A DNA stretch of 64,000 nucleotides from Octopus sinensis. Lineage: Eukaryota. The notes under the pieces are model-generated. The model had not been told where the DNA came from and did no database searches. It worked only from the letters and a program-made list of their open reading frames with translations. The position numbers were made by a program, and so were the translations under genes. How positions within the stretch are numbered: the stretch's first letter is position 1; each line of letters starts with the position of its first letter. Below are positions 52,745 to 64,000 of this stretch, piece after piece. Location of the stretch: positions 80,848,001-80,912,000 of the forward strand of contig NC_043002.1 of the NCBI RefSeq assembly GCF_006345805.1. The letters are read 5' to 3'.

Positions 52745-53170
52745 GGATCTTTTCGGTTTGAACGGCAGTTTTTAACATAATTTCTAGGTAATTAAAACAT
52801 TTTTAACTTCGTATACTGGTAGAATCTGTTTATAAAACATCTTTTTCTCTTGGCTTTATTGAGAAAATTCTATAGTTTGTAAGATATTTGCTGTTTTCTT
52901 CAATTTCTGCAATTTCAACCAATTGATGACGTCCATTGAGTTAAAAAAAAAACATTCTGTGCCGTATGAATATGTCCCTCGTTTAAGAAACAGATTGGGT
53001 TTATTTACATTTGTGAAGAAAAAAAAGATAAACCTTCCCCCCACCCCTAACCCTAATCAACCCTAACCCTAAAACAGATTGAAATGCAATAGATCGATAC
53101 TAGGGTCATAATTATGGGTGACAAGTTCATATGACACCGCTAGAAAAAACTGCGTTCAAACCGAAAAGAT

Positions 53171-53172
<2 letters not shown>
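52745..53172. mobile_element. TIR element with internal CCCTAA hexamers, inserted in (TA)n
   Basis: ggatcttttcggtttgaacg / cgttcaaaccgaaaagatct; ccctaaccctaa near 53045-53072. Confidence 0.85.
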
Positions 53173-53238
<66 letters not shown>

Positions 53239-54094
53239 TGTATGTATGTATGTATGTATGTATAATTTTATGTATCTATCTTATTTGTTTTTCCTGATAC
53301 TTATCCACTTCTGTTTCAGATTTTAATTTCATCAACATAGTTTTCTTAGTCTTGATTTTAAAAAGGGCTTTTGTTTCTTTTTTTGTCTTTCGCTGTTCTT
53401 ATGTGCCTATTTTTGTGTATACAATGAATTATATTATATTATTCGGTTTTCAATTCAATTTCGACCCGCCTTTAATGTTTTATTTATTTATTTGTTTTCT
53501 TTTCCGTTACGGTCAATCGTTTTTACCTCCAACACATTCCTGTCATTTTGAAAACTAATAATGCCCTGACCAATCAGCTTGAAATGTTTATTCCACGAGT
53601 TGGTAAAAAAATTATCACTGCACCGTTTCTAAACATTTGTTAACCATAGTATTGCTTAAAATATTCATGACTGTCTGTGATGTGTCTCAGTATATCTGGG
53701 TTTGTATGTTCATGTTTGTGTGTGTGTGTGCTTGTGCCAATTTGTGTGTGTAGCTGTTTGTATGTGTTTACTGTGTGTGTGTGTGTGTGTGTGTATGTTG
53801 TCTAAAATGCACCTAGAGTTTCATCCGTTTAACTTGCTGCCTTAATTAAATATTTGTCCTTTAGCTTAAGAACCTTGTTTTATTACCAGTCTGACGATTT
53901 CACTTCAAACACAAAATACCTTACACATGAGTACTTGAATTGTTGATGTCTAATTTACACATCGGATGAATCGATTCTAAACTGATTCTTTGTTCATTAT
54001 AGGAAGAGGAATATATGTGGGAAATAAAATAGATTATTTATAATTTCTGCTTCTAAATGGCGAAGGGTTAATCAAATTGTTTCTGATACAGGCA

Positions 54095-54700
54095 TAAGAC
54101 CAGAAATTTTTGAGTGAGTGTAAGTAGATCTATACAAACTCAAATTCCTGGTCAGTACTTCGTTTTACCGAACTCGGTGTGATAAAACGCAAATTTGACC
54201 TCGATGAGATTTGAGCTTAGAATATAAAGCACTGGAATAAGTACTGCAAGATATTGGGTTCTTAGTCCTAACGAATCAGCCAATCCCCCACCACTATTAA
54301 AGGTCAGTGTAATGATTCCAGTTTAACCCATGGTGTTATTTGTGGGTGACGGCTGGTTGTACACTGACACACTAGTTATGTGATAGCTTTACGCAGAAAC
54401 TGGTTAAATTATTCGCAAGACTGTAATAACGTTTACTCAACTGGTATAAATTATGTTGTTTCTTGATAATAGTTATTATTAAAGCGACGTGTCAGTAGAA
54501 TCGTCAGCGCGCCGGGTAAAACTCTCAGCGGCATTTCGTCCGCCCTTACACTCTGAGTTCAAATTCCACTAGGTTGATTTTGCTCTTCATCCTTTTGGGG
54601 TCAGTAAGATAATACCTGTTAATAAGCACAGCCCTGGGGTCGATGTAATCGACTTGGCCCCTATCCCGAAACTGCTAGTCTTGAGCCAAAATTTGAAACC
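54095..54700. mobile_element. Divergent SINE A pair (54095-54290 minus, 54483-54700 plus)
   Basis: Family A bodies in opposite orientation. Confidence 0.65.
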
Positions 54701-55632
54701 ATAATCATAATGGAAACTGTGGCTGTTAGAATCTTAGTGATATTTGTTTCCTACTCTTTACGTTGTGAATTCAAACACGTCGTGGCCAATTTTACCTTTC
54801 ATATTTTCGGAGCTGGTAAAATAAATAAAAAATTAAGAACAGCCACAGTACCCTAAACGATTGTTCAAAAACTATGGAACTCATACCGAAATGTCTTACG
54901 GACAACCCTTGCTATTTTATTATTAAACAAAATTAGCTTCATTAAACATAATTAGCTTCAGAGGAAGAATGAAAAAACTTATGACAACATTATTTTGAAA
55001 ATAGTGAATACTATTTTTACATAATAAAGTTTCATTAAATTTTATTAAAAGACATCTTATCTCACAGAACCCCAGAATTTTTTTCACCAAACCCTGGCAT
55101 TGCTCGGAACTCAGCAAAATAAGTATTAGTTAATTACTAGGGTCTTATTAATTGACTGTCCTCTCCATCAAAATTCCTGGTTATACGCCAATATTAGAAA
55201 TCATAAAATATTTTAGCATTGGCATTTCCTTTCAGTTCCTGTGTGTGCGTGTGTGTGGAATACAGAGCTAAAACTCAATCTTAGATATTGGCTCTGTTCC
55301 AACAACACATACATATTCAATTACAACTACTAATGTTGGGTTCTAAACCTTATATGCATAATTTATTGTATTCGGCGCTAAATCTACACTTTTTAGTAGT
55401 CTCGCTGACACTTAACGTGTACTTTTGGGAGGAGTTCTGTTCTAATTTTTATTCCCATTTCGGTTACCCATTTGTCTAGTCTTAAACAAAGAGGTTATAT
55501 CACTATTTGTATTACATTTATATTCTTTAGTCTCCATATATTTGTGATCTCTCATTTGTTACTTCACGTTTTGTTGTTCTTTGATCCCATTCTAGTCTCC
55601 ACAGATATTGCAATACCAATCATTTCCTATTC

Positions 55633-55687
<55 letters not shown>

Positions 55688-55689
55688 TG

Positions 55690-56000
55690 TTGTTCATTAC
55701 AAGAATATTAGTTTTTCTACTTTCTGTCTTATATTGTCATTGGATTAAGAAATCCCAAAAGATTTTAATGTCTTTAGAGTCAGATATACTGGAAAGTTGA
55801 TGTTCATACTATTTATCTGTCCTTTTCAATTTATTCTTCCCAAGTCATAATTCTCTGTGGACAATCTCTATAATATCTTTGTGTCTTATATTGCTTCTAA
55901 GTTATTCTACTTAGCAAACCTGCTGCACTTCCTCCAGTTATATTACAGTTTTTGTCACAGTATTTGCCATACTGTCAAAGTGTAAGTCAAATATTTTACA
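55690..56000 (-). mobile_element. Degenerate R4-clade fragment next to (TTA)n
   Basis: Minus-strand remnants resemble HIVSGC..KQYK..IVH.EL..KILWDF..Q.D..RPDILV. The 3' side abuts the (TTA)n tract at 55637-55690. Confidence 0.55.
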
Positions 56001-56159
56001 CTGGTTATTCTACACACACACGAATGTATAAAGAGAGGGTAATCACGGCTGAAATATCTTTAATCATAGCACTGCTCGATTAAGGGACTGAATTGGCGCC
56101 AAACAACATCATATGTCTACCATTTTATATATATCGTCAAATCCCCTGTTTATTTTGGG

Positions 56160-56202
<43 letters not shown>

Positions 56203-56694
56203 TCTTGTGTTTTTCCCCTAGACTGAGCAGTCTAGTATGATTTATTGGTCTTACGGTTTATATAGTTTCATTAAACATATTTCCGTGAAACTGTGGTTAG
56301 AAATCTGTTTTCAAATCCTATATTTTGATATTTTTTCGTTATATATATTGTTTGTTCAACCCTACACAATCTGGTCGACCATTGGCTATTTAGGAACTTC
56401 TTTTGATATGTTTTAACCTGATATATCATAGAACTACTTGGTCAGATGAATTTTTCAGTTTTAAAAATTCCAACTTTCCCAATCTTTTCCATCACTGGAT
56501 TTTACATTATTCATTATGTATTTGTATCTGAGTAGAATTTCCGATCAAAGCATTGAACTACTTTTCCAATCATTTTTCATCAGTTTCTGATACTATCTCT
56601 CAGTGGTTGTAGCTCCCAAAAGATGTTTCACCGCTAATTATTATTTTTTTTTTCTCATTTATTTTTTTCTCATTTATTTTTTTCTTTTTGTAAC

Positions 56695-58170
56695 CGTCAG
56701 TAGGATTTGAACTCAGAATGCAGAGTCGAAACAAACATTCCAAGGGACCCTGTCCAACGCTCAAGCAATTCCACACTGAGATTCGATCTCAGAAGGCAGA
56801 ACGACAGAACATATAAAACAAGGCTGTTCGTCCGACTCTCCGGTGACTTTACCATTTCACTCCTACTTCGATATGTACCCTGCCACAGTATTTTCATCAC
56901 AACTAATTAATCATCTCGCTCTTTAAAAAAAATGGCATATAAATCTTACTAACACTACTTTAGGGAATGGAATATTCCATAATTCCTTATATACTCATAG
57001 CTTTTAAGTTTTCGGATCTAAAACACCCTTCTAGGATTTCTTCCTTTACTTCAAAAGAAATATGGACCATATATTAATACTAAGATTCTTATTTTTATCA
57101 TTTATCTTAGATTTAATCATTATTTTTAATCTAAAATACTTCTTTGTGAACATTCATGTCAGTTTCTTAAGTATTTGTATACAATTTTCTACATCTACCT
57201 AAATACCGAGCATTTGTAACACTTTAAATGCACTTGTTTTATGATTTCCTTCTCTGATAATCCTATCCCATTACTTTTAACACTTTCTTTCTACGGGGAT
57301 ACTGTAACGCTGATATTTTTTTCAAAGTGTAATACTCCTCACTTTGTGTCACACCTACACACATATATATTGTGTTTTTCCCAAGACTGAGCAGTGTGGC
57401 GTGATTTATTGGTCTTGCGAAGGCGGAGAGCTGGCAGAAACGTTAGCACGCCAGGCGAAATGCGTAGCTGTATTTCGTCTGCCGTTATGTTCTGAGTTCA
57501 AATCCCGCCGTACTGGGGTCGATCTAAAATTCATTAGAGAGTTGGAATAAATATTTTGCGACATTTCTTCTAGGTCTTTAGGTTCTAAACTCAAATAATG
57601 TCGAAATCGACTTTGCCTTTCATCCCCACCAGGGGACGATGAAATAAAGTGGTTGTAAAGTACTTATGCCGAAGGTGTCAAATAATTTCCACCCTTCAAA
57701 ATTACTGACTAAACTCGGAAATTTAATACTTTTAGATTTCCAAATATCCTTTTCTGAACTTAGAATAACTGCCAGTTACATTAGCCCGTTTCATATTTGT
57801 TGGCATCTTTGCATACGGAAATTAGTTATGTAGTCTCGTTCTTAAGGGGGTGGTACTCACCTTCCAATAGAAACAAAAATCTACTTGCACAGGGTTTTCA
57901 GGTTGCTGTCACTATATCTGTCAATCACATGTCACCGCCTTTTCGGCGACGGGGAGGGTTTTAAACTCAGAAAGCACAGAACCAGAATCGATATTACGAG
58001 ACATACCGTTTGATACTCTAAAAATTCTGCGAATCCACTGCCCTGAGCTAGTACTTTTTGAATCGACCACGAAAGATTGAAAAGCAAAGTTGACCACGGA
58101 GCGCAAAGACTCAAGAAAAATACCGCTAGGCATTGCTCAGATACACTAGGAATTGCCAAATCGCTGCCAT
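56695..58170. mobile_element. Three SINE A copies (56695-56870 minus, 57422-57700 plus, 57950-58170 minus)
   Basis: Family A heads and bodies. Confidence 0.7.
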
Positions 58171-59496
58171 TTTTCACAATTTGCTGTTACTTCAATTGAT
58201 TTCTCTTTTTTCTTTGCCAGATATCTTATGTTACTGTAATTTGCTGATAGCTTTTAATTGGATTAAATATATTTATGTGTAATGGTTTTGGCTGCTGTAT
58301 TCTAAATACTGTAATTACTTTCCTATCAAATCTTGCTACTTAACTTCTATTAGAGAATATTATAACAGTATCTTACTAAAACATGACTATTAATATATTA
58401 CCTAATTTTTAGCATTTAGTTTAAAGTATTTAATGCGACTCTTATTGTCCTTCCAAACTTTTCTTTCATATTCACTAGAGTCCTTTGTCTAGTTCATTAA
58501 TGTCTAAAGATTTAAAACTGTTCTCGGACAAATTCTCTCCGAGGATAGTTATAAATCTTTACACGCTCTCTTGATAAATCAAACAGATTTTTATTAATAT
58601 TTTCTCTCCTTGAAATCGAATCTTTTTCAACTTCTTTACAGAATTTATGCATCGTATGCAACATAACAGTTTTAGCTCAACAAAAAGTGATAGCTGATTG
58701 TCATTTTGTAGATTTAATACTATGATTGAACCCGATTTTAGCGCATTGATTAAAGGTGTTCGAACGATACAGGAAAAGTGTGCAGAAAGAGAGAGAATTC
58801 TCTTTGGATTATTTCTCTTTTAAAAGTTAGTCTTTATTTTTACAACTCTCTTTGTTTCTTTTTTCTTTTTGTTTACTCATGTACTCACTAATTCTTGGTG
58901 AACATAGTTTGAATTTGGAACCGAAATGTATCTTTCCAGAAATATTACCGATTGGTGAAATCTTTGTATTTTAGCAAGGAATGATTTTCTTAGGGCTCTT
59001 GCATTTCAGAAAGTTAGTCAAAATACACTGAAACTGTCACTTGCACACGAGTATGTCTTGACGTAACACGTAACAATCTTCCCATAATTTCATCGTTTGA
59101 AGTGCCTGTATCGCCACAGACGTAGACATCTGGGCTTCTCAGACCCTTAACACTTGGTCCAACGGAATGTCTAGCATGCGAGAAGTAGAGAATTGCTAGT
59201 AAATCTTCCTAGGAATAGATAACATATACTTTCAAATGGTAAAATTTAATGATGAAATATCGGCACAAAGCCAGTATGTTTGGAAAAGCGGTTGAGTCGA
59301 TTATATTGACCCCAGTATTCAACTGGTACTTATTTTATCAATCATTACTCATTTAAAAAAATGTAATTAAAGTGCAGAACAAGCCGGCAGGAATTAAACC
59401 AACGCCCTTAATGATCAGAGGCGAACATTCTAATTACGATGTCATGCGCCTTCAGACGTTTAAACCTAATATTTATATACTTCTGTAATGCATTTT

Positions 59497-59850
59497 TTTT
59501 ACTTTGCTTCAGTTGTTGGATTGAGGCCATGCTGGAGCACCATCTTGAAGAGTTTACTCGAACAAATCGTCCCCATTACTTATTTTAGAATATGGTACTA
59601 CCAGCGTCAGTTTTGCCGAACCGCCTGGTTACGATGTTAACGAGCACCGGTGGTCAAGCGGTGGCAGTGGACAAATATACATATGTCGACAGATTCCACA
59701 CAGTTTCCGTCTACCAAATTCATTCACAAGGCATTAGTCAGGCTGGAGCTATAGAAAAAGCCACTTGCTGAAGGTGCTGCGTGCTAGGACAGAACCCCGA
59801 ACCACACGATTGCAAACTGAGCTTCTTGACCACACAGGCATTCCTGCACC
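59497..59850 (-). mobile_element. SINE family D
   Basis: Tail gccatgctggagcacc, body gtttccgtctaccaaattc, head cttcttgaccacacaggcattcctgcacc. Confidence 0.8.
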
Positions 59851-59875
59851 TATGTATTTCTATTTCTGTAGCGAA

Positions 59876-60805
59876 GGCACGTGGATTAGTGGTCAGTGTA
59901 TCGGCTCACGATTAAAGTGCATAAGTTCGATTCCTGACGGCGCATTGTGTCCTTGGGCAAAGAATTTTATTTAACGTTGCTCCAGTTCACTCAACTGGCG
60001 AAAATGAGTGATACCTGTAATTCAAAAGGGCCAGCCTTGTCGCATTCTGTGTCCTGCTGAATCTCCCTGAGAGCTACATTAAGGGTACGTGTGTCTGTGT
60101 AGTGCTCGGATCTTTTCCTTTTGAACGGCAGACAATTTCTAGTTAACTAAACACTTTAAAACTTCGTATATTGGTAGAATGTGTCAAAATAAAACATTTT
60201 TTTCTCTTGGCTTTCTTGAGAAAATTGTAATTTGTTTAACGTAGTTTAATTTTTCGAATTTTAACCAATCCTATGCTTTTTTTGAGCTAAAATCATTTGC
60301 TGCGTCTAAAACTGAGACAACATCCTGTAACTAACCCTAAACCCTCCCCCCTAACCCTAACCCTAACACTAATTTTTTTTTCTTAATTGTTAAATTAATT
60401 TAATTGTTACGCGTGTAAAAAAAAACTAAAGCAATGGAATTAAATTAATTTAACAATTAAGAAAAAAAAGTTAGGGTTAGGGGGGAGGTTTAGGGTTAGT
60501 TACAGGATGTTGTCTCAGTTTTAGACGCAGCAAATGATTTTAGTTGAATGGAGGTAATCGATTGGTTAAAATTACCGAAATGCTCGGATTTTCAGACGAA
60601 ATATCTTACAAACTATAGAATTTTCTCAATAAAACCAAGAGAAAATGATGTTTTATAAACACATTCTACCAGTATACGAAGTTTAAAAGTGTTTAGTTAA
60701 CTAAAAATTGTGTTGACATCTGCCGTTCAAAAGGAAAAGATCCGCAGGATGTTCCTTTGATCGGATCAAATGGAACCCCCATCGTTGTAACCTAACCGAC
60801 AGAGT
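59876..60805 (+). mobile_element. SINE family B split by the palindromic element at 60108-60743
   Basis: The body runs to gtgctc at 60107 and resumes as gcaggatgttcctttgatcggatc at 60744. Confidence 0.8.
60108..60743. mobile_element. Fully palindromic 636-bp element with CCCTAA/TTAGGG blocks
   Basis: ggatcttttccttttgaacggcag / ctgccgttcaaaaggaaaagatcc; the arms are complementary up to the centre near 60420. Confidence 0.9.
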
Positions 60806-60981
60806 GACTGTAGTATACCTATTTCTGTCTTTCGTTTGTACTTTATTGTGATTCTCATTTGCAGAGTTGGTTTCTTTTCAAAATTTGCTTCTTTGGGTTT
60901 TGACATTCGTATATAAGAAATTGTAAGATAATAACTCTCTTCCCTCATCATTGTTGGTATTAGAGAGATTAATACCAACAA

Positions 60982-61406
60982 GGCGGCGAGCTGGCAGAAA
61001 CGTTAGCACGCCGGGCGAAATGCGTAGCCGTATTTCGTCTGCCGTTACGTTCTGAGTTCAAATTCCGCCGAGGTCGACTTTGCCTTTCATCCTTTCGGGG
61101 TCGAAAACTTAAGTACCAGTTACGAACTGGAGTCGATATAATCAACTTAATCCGCTTGTCTGTCCTTGTTTGTCCTCTCTCTGGGTTTAGCCCCTTGTGG
61201 GTTGTAAATAAATAGGTATTTCGTCTGCCGTTACGTTCTGAGTTCAAATTCCGCTGAGGTCGACTTTGCCTTTCATCCTTTCAGGGTCGATTAAATAAGT
61301 ACCAGTTACGCACAGGGGTTGGTGTAATCGACTTAATCCGTTTGTCTGTCCTTGTATGTCCTCTCTCTGGGCTTAGCCCCTTGTGGGTTTTAAAGAAATA
61401 GGTATT
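60982..61406 (+). mobile_element. SINE A dimer (young, close to consensus)
   Basis: A full copy followed by a headless unit joined at aaatag-gtatttcg near 61215. Confidence 0.9.
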
Positions 61407-61526
61407 ACAGAGATTAGTTGATTTCTCCTGGTAATACTAACGTTCAAAATAATTTCTAGTACATATATGATAGCCATATTTGCACATTTATTTCATAGTT
61501 GTTGATATTTTATTATTAAGTCAAGC

Positions 61527-62700
61527 ATCAAGCTGGCAGATTCGTTAGCACGTCGAGGAAAAAAGCTTAGCGGCATTTCATCTCTTTTCACGTTGTGTTC
61601 AAATTCCGCCATGAACAAATTTATTTTTCGTCCCTTCGAGGTTGATAAAATAAGTACCAATTGAACATTGGGGTCAATATGATCGACTCAGCCCCTTTCC
61701 CAAACATACTGGCCTTGTGCTGATATTTCGTCATTAAGTTTTACCATTTGAGAGAGTATGTTATTGATTCCTAGGAAGATTTACTATCAATTATGATTTA
61801 ATAAACTTTTCTACCTTTAGATTATTGTCATATTAAAAACTTCCTACTTTACAACTTTCACTTCTCGTACAGCTTTGTTATATAGCCGTTTATACATATT
61901 TTTCTTTTTGTAGTTCCGGTTCCTTTTTTTTTTTTTATTGGTCGATAACTTGTAGGTGTGTTGGCGGTTTTGTTTTGTCGCTTTATATATTTTTTTGTTT
62001 TACATGTAGCGTACTGTCTTCGTGATTAATGCTTTTAATGTTACTTCTAGTTTTAATGGTTTTATTCGCGTTCTTTGTAGTTTTGTTTCCTTGTTATTTA
62101 TTCTGTTCATTTTTTTTTTGCTTATTTATTACATATTTTTTCTTTTAATTGCTCTATTTCTGCCTCTTAAGTACTTGATTTTACGTTCTTTTTTATTTGT
62201 TTCTGTTGTGTCTGGGGAGAGTGATTTTCTTTTTGTGCCTTATAATTTAACACACTCACCAGTAAAATTTCCACTTATTCCTTTATTTTCCTAAAATTTT
62301 CGTTGCGTCTTGCAACCTTTTCAATAGTCTTGACTAATAGTTTGTTTTTTTTTTCTTTTTCATAGACAGAAGTAGGATCACACAAATGTAATACAGAGAG
62401 ATTTATCAGTTAAGATTATCCCAAGAATTAATGGAAAAAAACTCCCACCAAGTGTTTGTCAAGAAGAAATGTAGATTTCATACTCGTTCCGAAACACATA
62501 ACACTGGTTCCGAATTTTCGCACGAGGCCAGCAATTTTGAGGATGGGGCTAAATCGATTACATAGACTCTAATTCTCGATTGGCACTTATTGTATCGAGC
62601 CCGAGAGAAGGAAAGGCAAAGTCCACTTCGGCTGAATTTCAACTCAGAACGTAAAGCATTTTTCCCCGACGAGGTAACGATTCTGCCTCTTCGCCGCCTG
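61527..62700. mobile_element. Convergent SINE A pair (61527-61720 plus, 62527-62700 minus)
   Basis: Family A motifs in opposite orientation. Confidence 0.65.
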
Positions 62701-62852
62701 AACTCATAAGATATTAGCTTTTCTTGTTTCGGTATTTACATCTAGACCTGGTATGTTTCTTCACAAATAACATATGTATTATTATGGTTGTCACCTTTTA
62801 GTGGGACATTATCAATTAATATGCATGTAGTGTAAAAAAAAAAAAAAAAATG

Positions 62853-63362
62853 TGGAGGCGCAATGGCCCAGTGGTTAGGGCAGTGGACTCGCGGTCGTAG
62901 GAATTGCGGTTTCGATTCCCAGACCGGGCATTGTGAGTGTTTATTGAGCGAAATCACCTAAAGCTCCACGAGGCTCTGGTAGGGGGTGGTGGTGAACCCT
63001 GCTGTACTCTTTCACCACAACTTTCTCTCACTCTTTCTTCCTGTTTCTGTTGTACCTGTGTTGCAAAGGGACCAGCCTTGTCACACTCTGTGTCACGCTG
63101 AATCTCGCCGAGAACTACGTTAAAGGTACACATGTCTGTGGAGTGCTCAGCCACTTGCATGTTAATAAATGAGTTCCGACGTCACTGGTGCCAAGCTGTA
63201 TCGGCCTTTGCCTTTCCCATGGGTAACCCTAGTGGCGTGGAGAGGGGAGGCTGGTATGCGTGGGCGACTGCTGGCCTTCCATAAACATCCTTGCCCAGAC
63301 TTGTGCCTCGGAGGGTAACTCTCTAGGTGCAATCCCATGGTCATTCATGACCGAAGGGGGTC
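62853..63362 (+). mobile_element. SINE family C joined to a different ~190-bp 3' module
   Basis: ggaggcgcaatggcccagtggttaggg head. It diverges from the 9113 copy after cacttgcatgttaat into ...ggtcattcatgaccgaagggggtc. Confidence 0.8.
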
Positions 63363-64000
63363 ACAACAGTGTAAAAAATATTTGTTCTACTCAGATTCTT
63401 TTATGATATGAGGTTTTGTTTAAGGCCTTAAATAGTAGAGTCGTTTTAATGAAGGTTTTATTTGGGTAACGATTAGATTGTTTCTAGCTTTTGTTTCATA
63501 TATAAGAATAGCGTTATTAGCACCGGGTTTCTCAAATGGGTCACCCTCTGACTTCCTTCTTTTATGAGATGAAAGTGATACGGATTTGTACGTGCAAATT
63601 AGACAACAGATTTAATATGGGATCTAGTTGGAAAGTACTAGTTTATCAGTTTCACATCGATGCATGAGTTTTTATATCGCTATACGAGGCTGAATGGCGT
63701 ATACACACATTCAGACACTCACATCTACTTCTGTGCATATACATATACTAGTTGTTTGCGTTAATACAAGAAGTAGCGACGAATTATTTTTCGTAAGGAT
63801 AAAGTTATCATACAAATAACACGAGTGAAAAGGAAACAAACAAGCAAAACAATATTACCTATTGAGAGACAAACGAAAGCACATACCTGAAAAGCGTAGA
63901 AATATAAATCGAAATGACAGCAAACAAAGTACTGTACAATGAAGCTTAATTCGCCAAAGAACGAAACTGGAATAGGAAAAAGATTTTGGATGCAAGAGAA

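Noticed and set aside
53860-54070. Possible piggyBac MITE ending in gaagggttaa
   Set aside because: The left terminus is too degenerate to define.
56200-57420. ~55-bp similar segments at 56200 and 57370
   Set aside because: Short and diverged, and the flanks do not extend; probably an old repeat fragment.
57861-57917. Minus-strand exon-like segment with a gtgagt donor
   Set aside because: Stops in all three frames and adjacent to a SINE tail. It could only be non-coding, and there is no other support.

Overview
This is AT-rich eukaryotic non-coding DNA with many microsatellites and transposable elements. The SINE families and repeat density point to a coleoid cephalopod, probably Octopus; this is my recognition from memory, not a database result. 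No complete protein-coding gene, rRNA, true tRNA gene or CRISPR array is present. Most ORF-track entries are translated microsatellites or transposon relics. The best host-gene signal is a + strand first coding exon (8468-8546) encoding a signal-peptide-like sequence. Two probable 5'UTR exons precede it, so most of the window may be one large intron. The elements include a Helitron Rep relic, non-autonomous Helitron/Helentron-type elements, three TIR-bounded mariners, two maT-type relics and a piggyBac relic. There are also hAT, Tc1 and foldback MITEs, CR1, Tx1 and Penelope-like relics, and at least four tRNA-derived SINE families. The most distinctive structure is a set of (AAT)n tracts holding several R4/Dong-clade LINE subfamilies and a ~555-bp non-coding element, all in the same polarity relative to the AAT strand. 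SINE and degenerate-element boundaries are approximate (about +/-10-30 bp). There is one 100-N assembly gap at 43364-43463.
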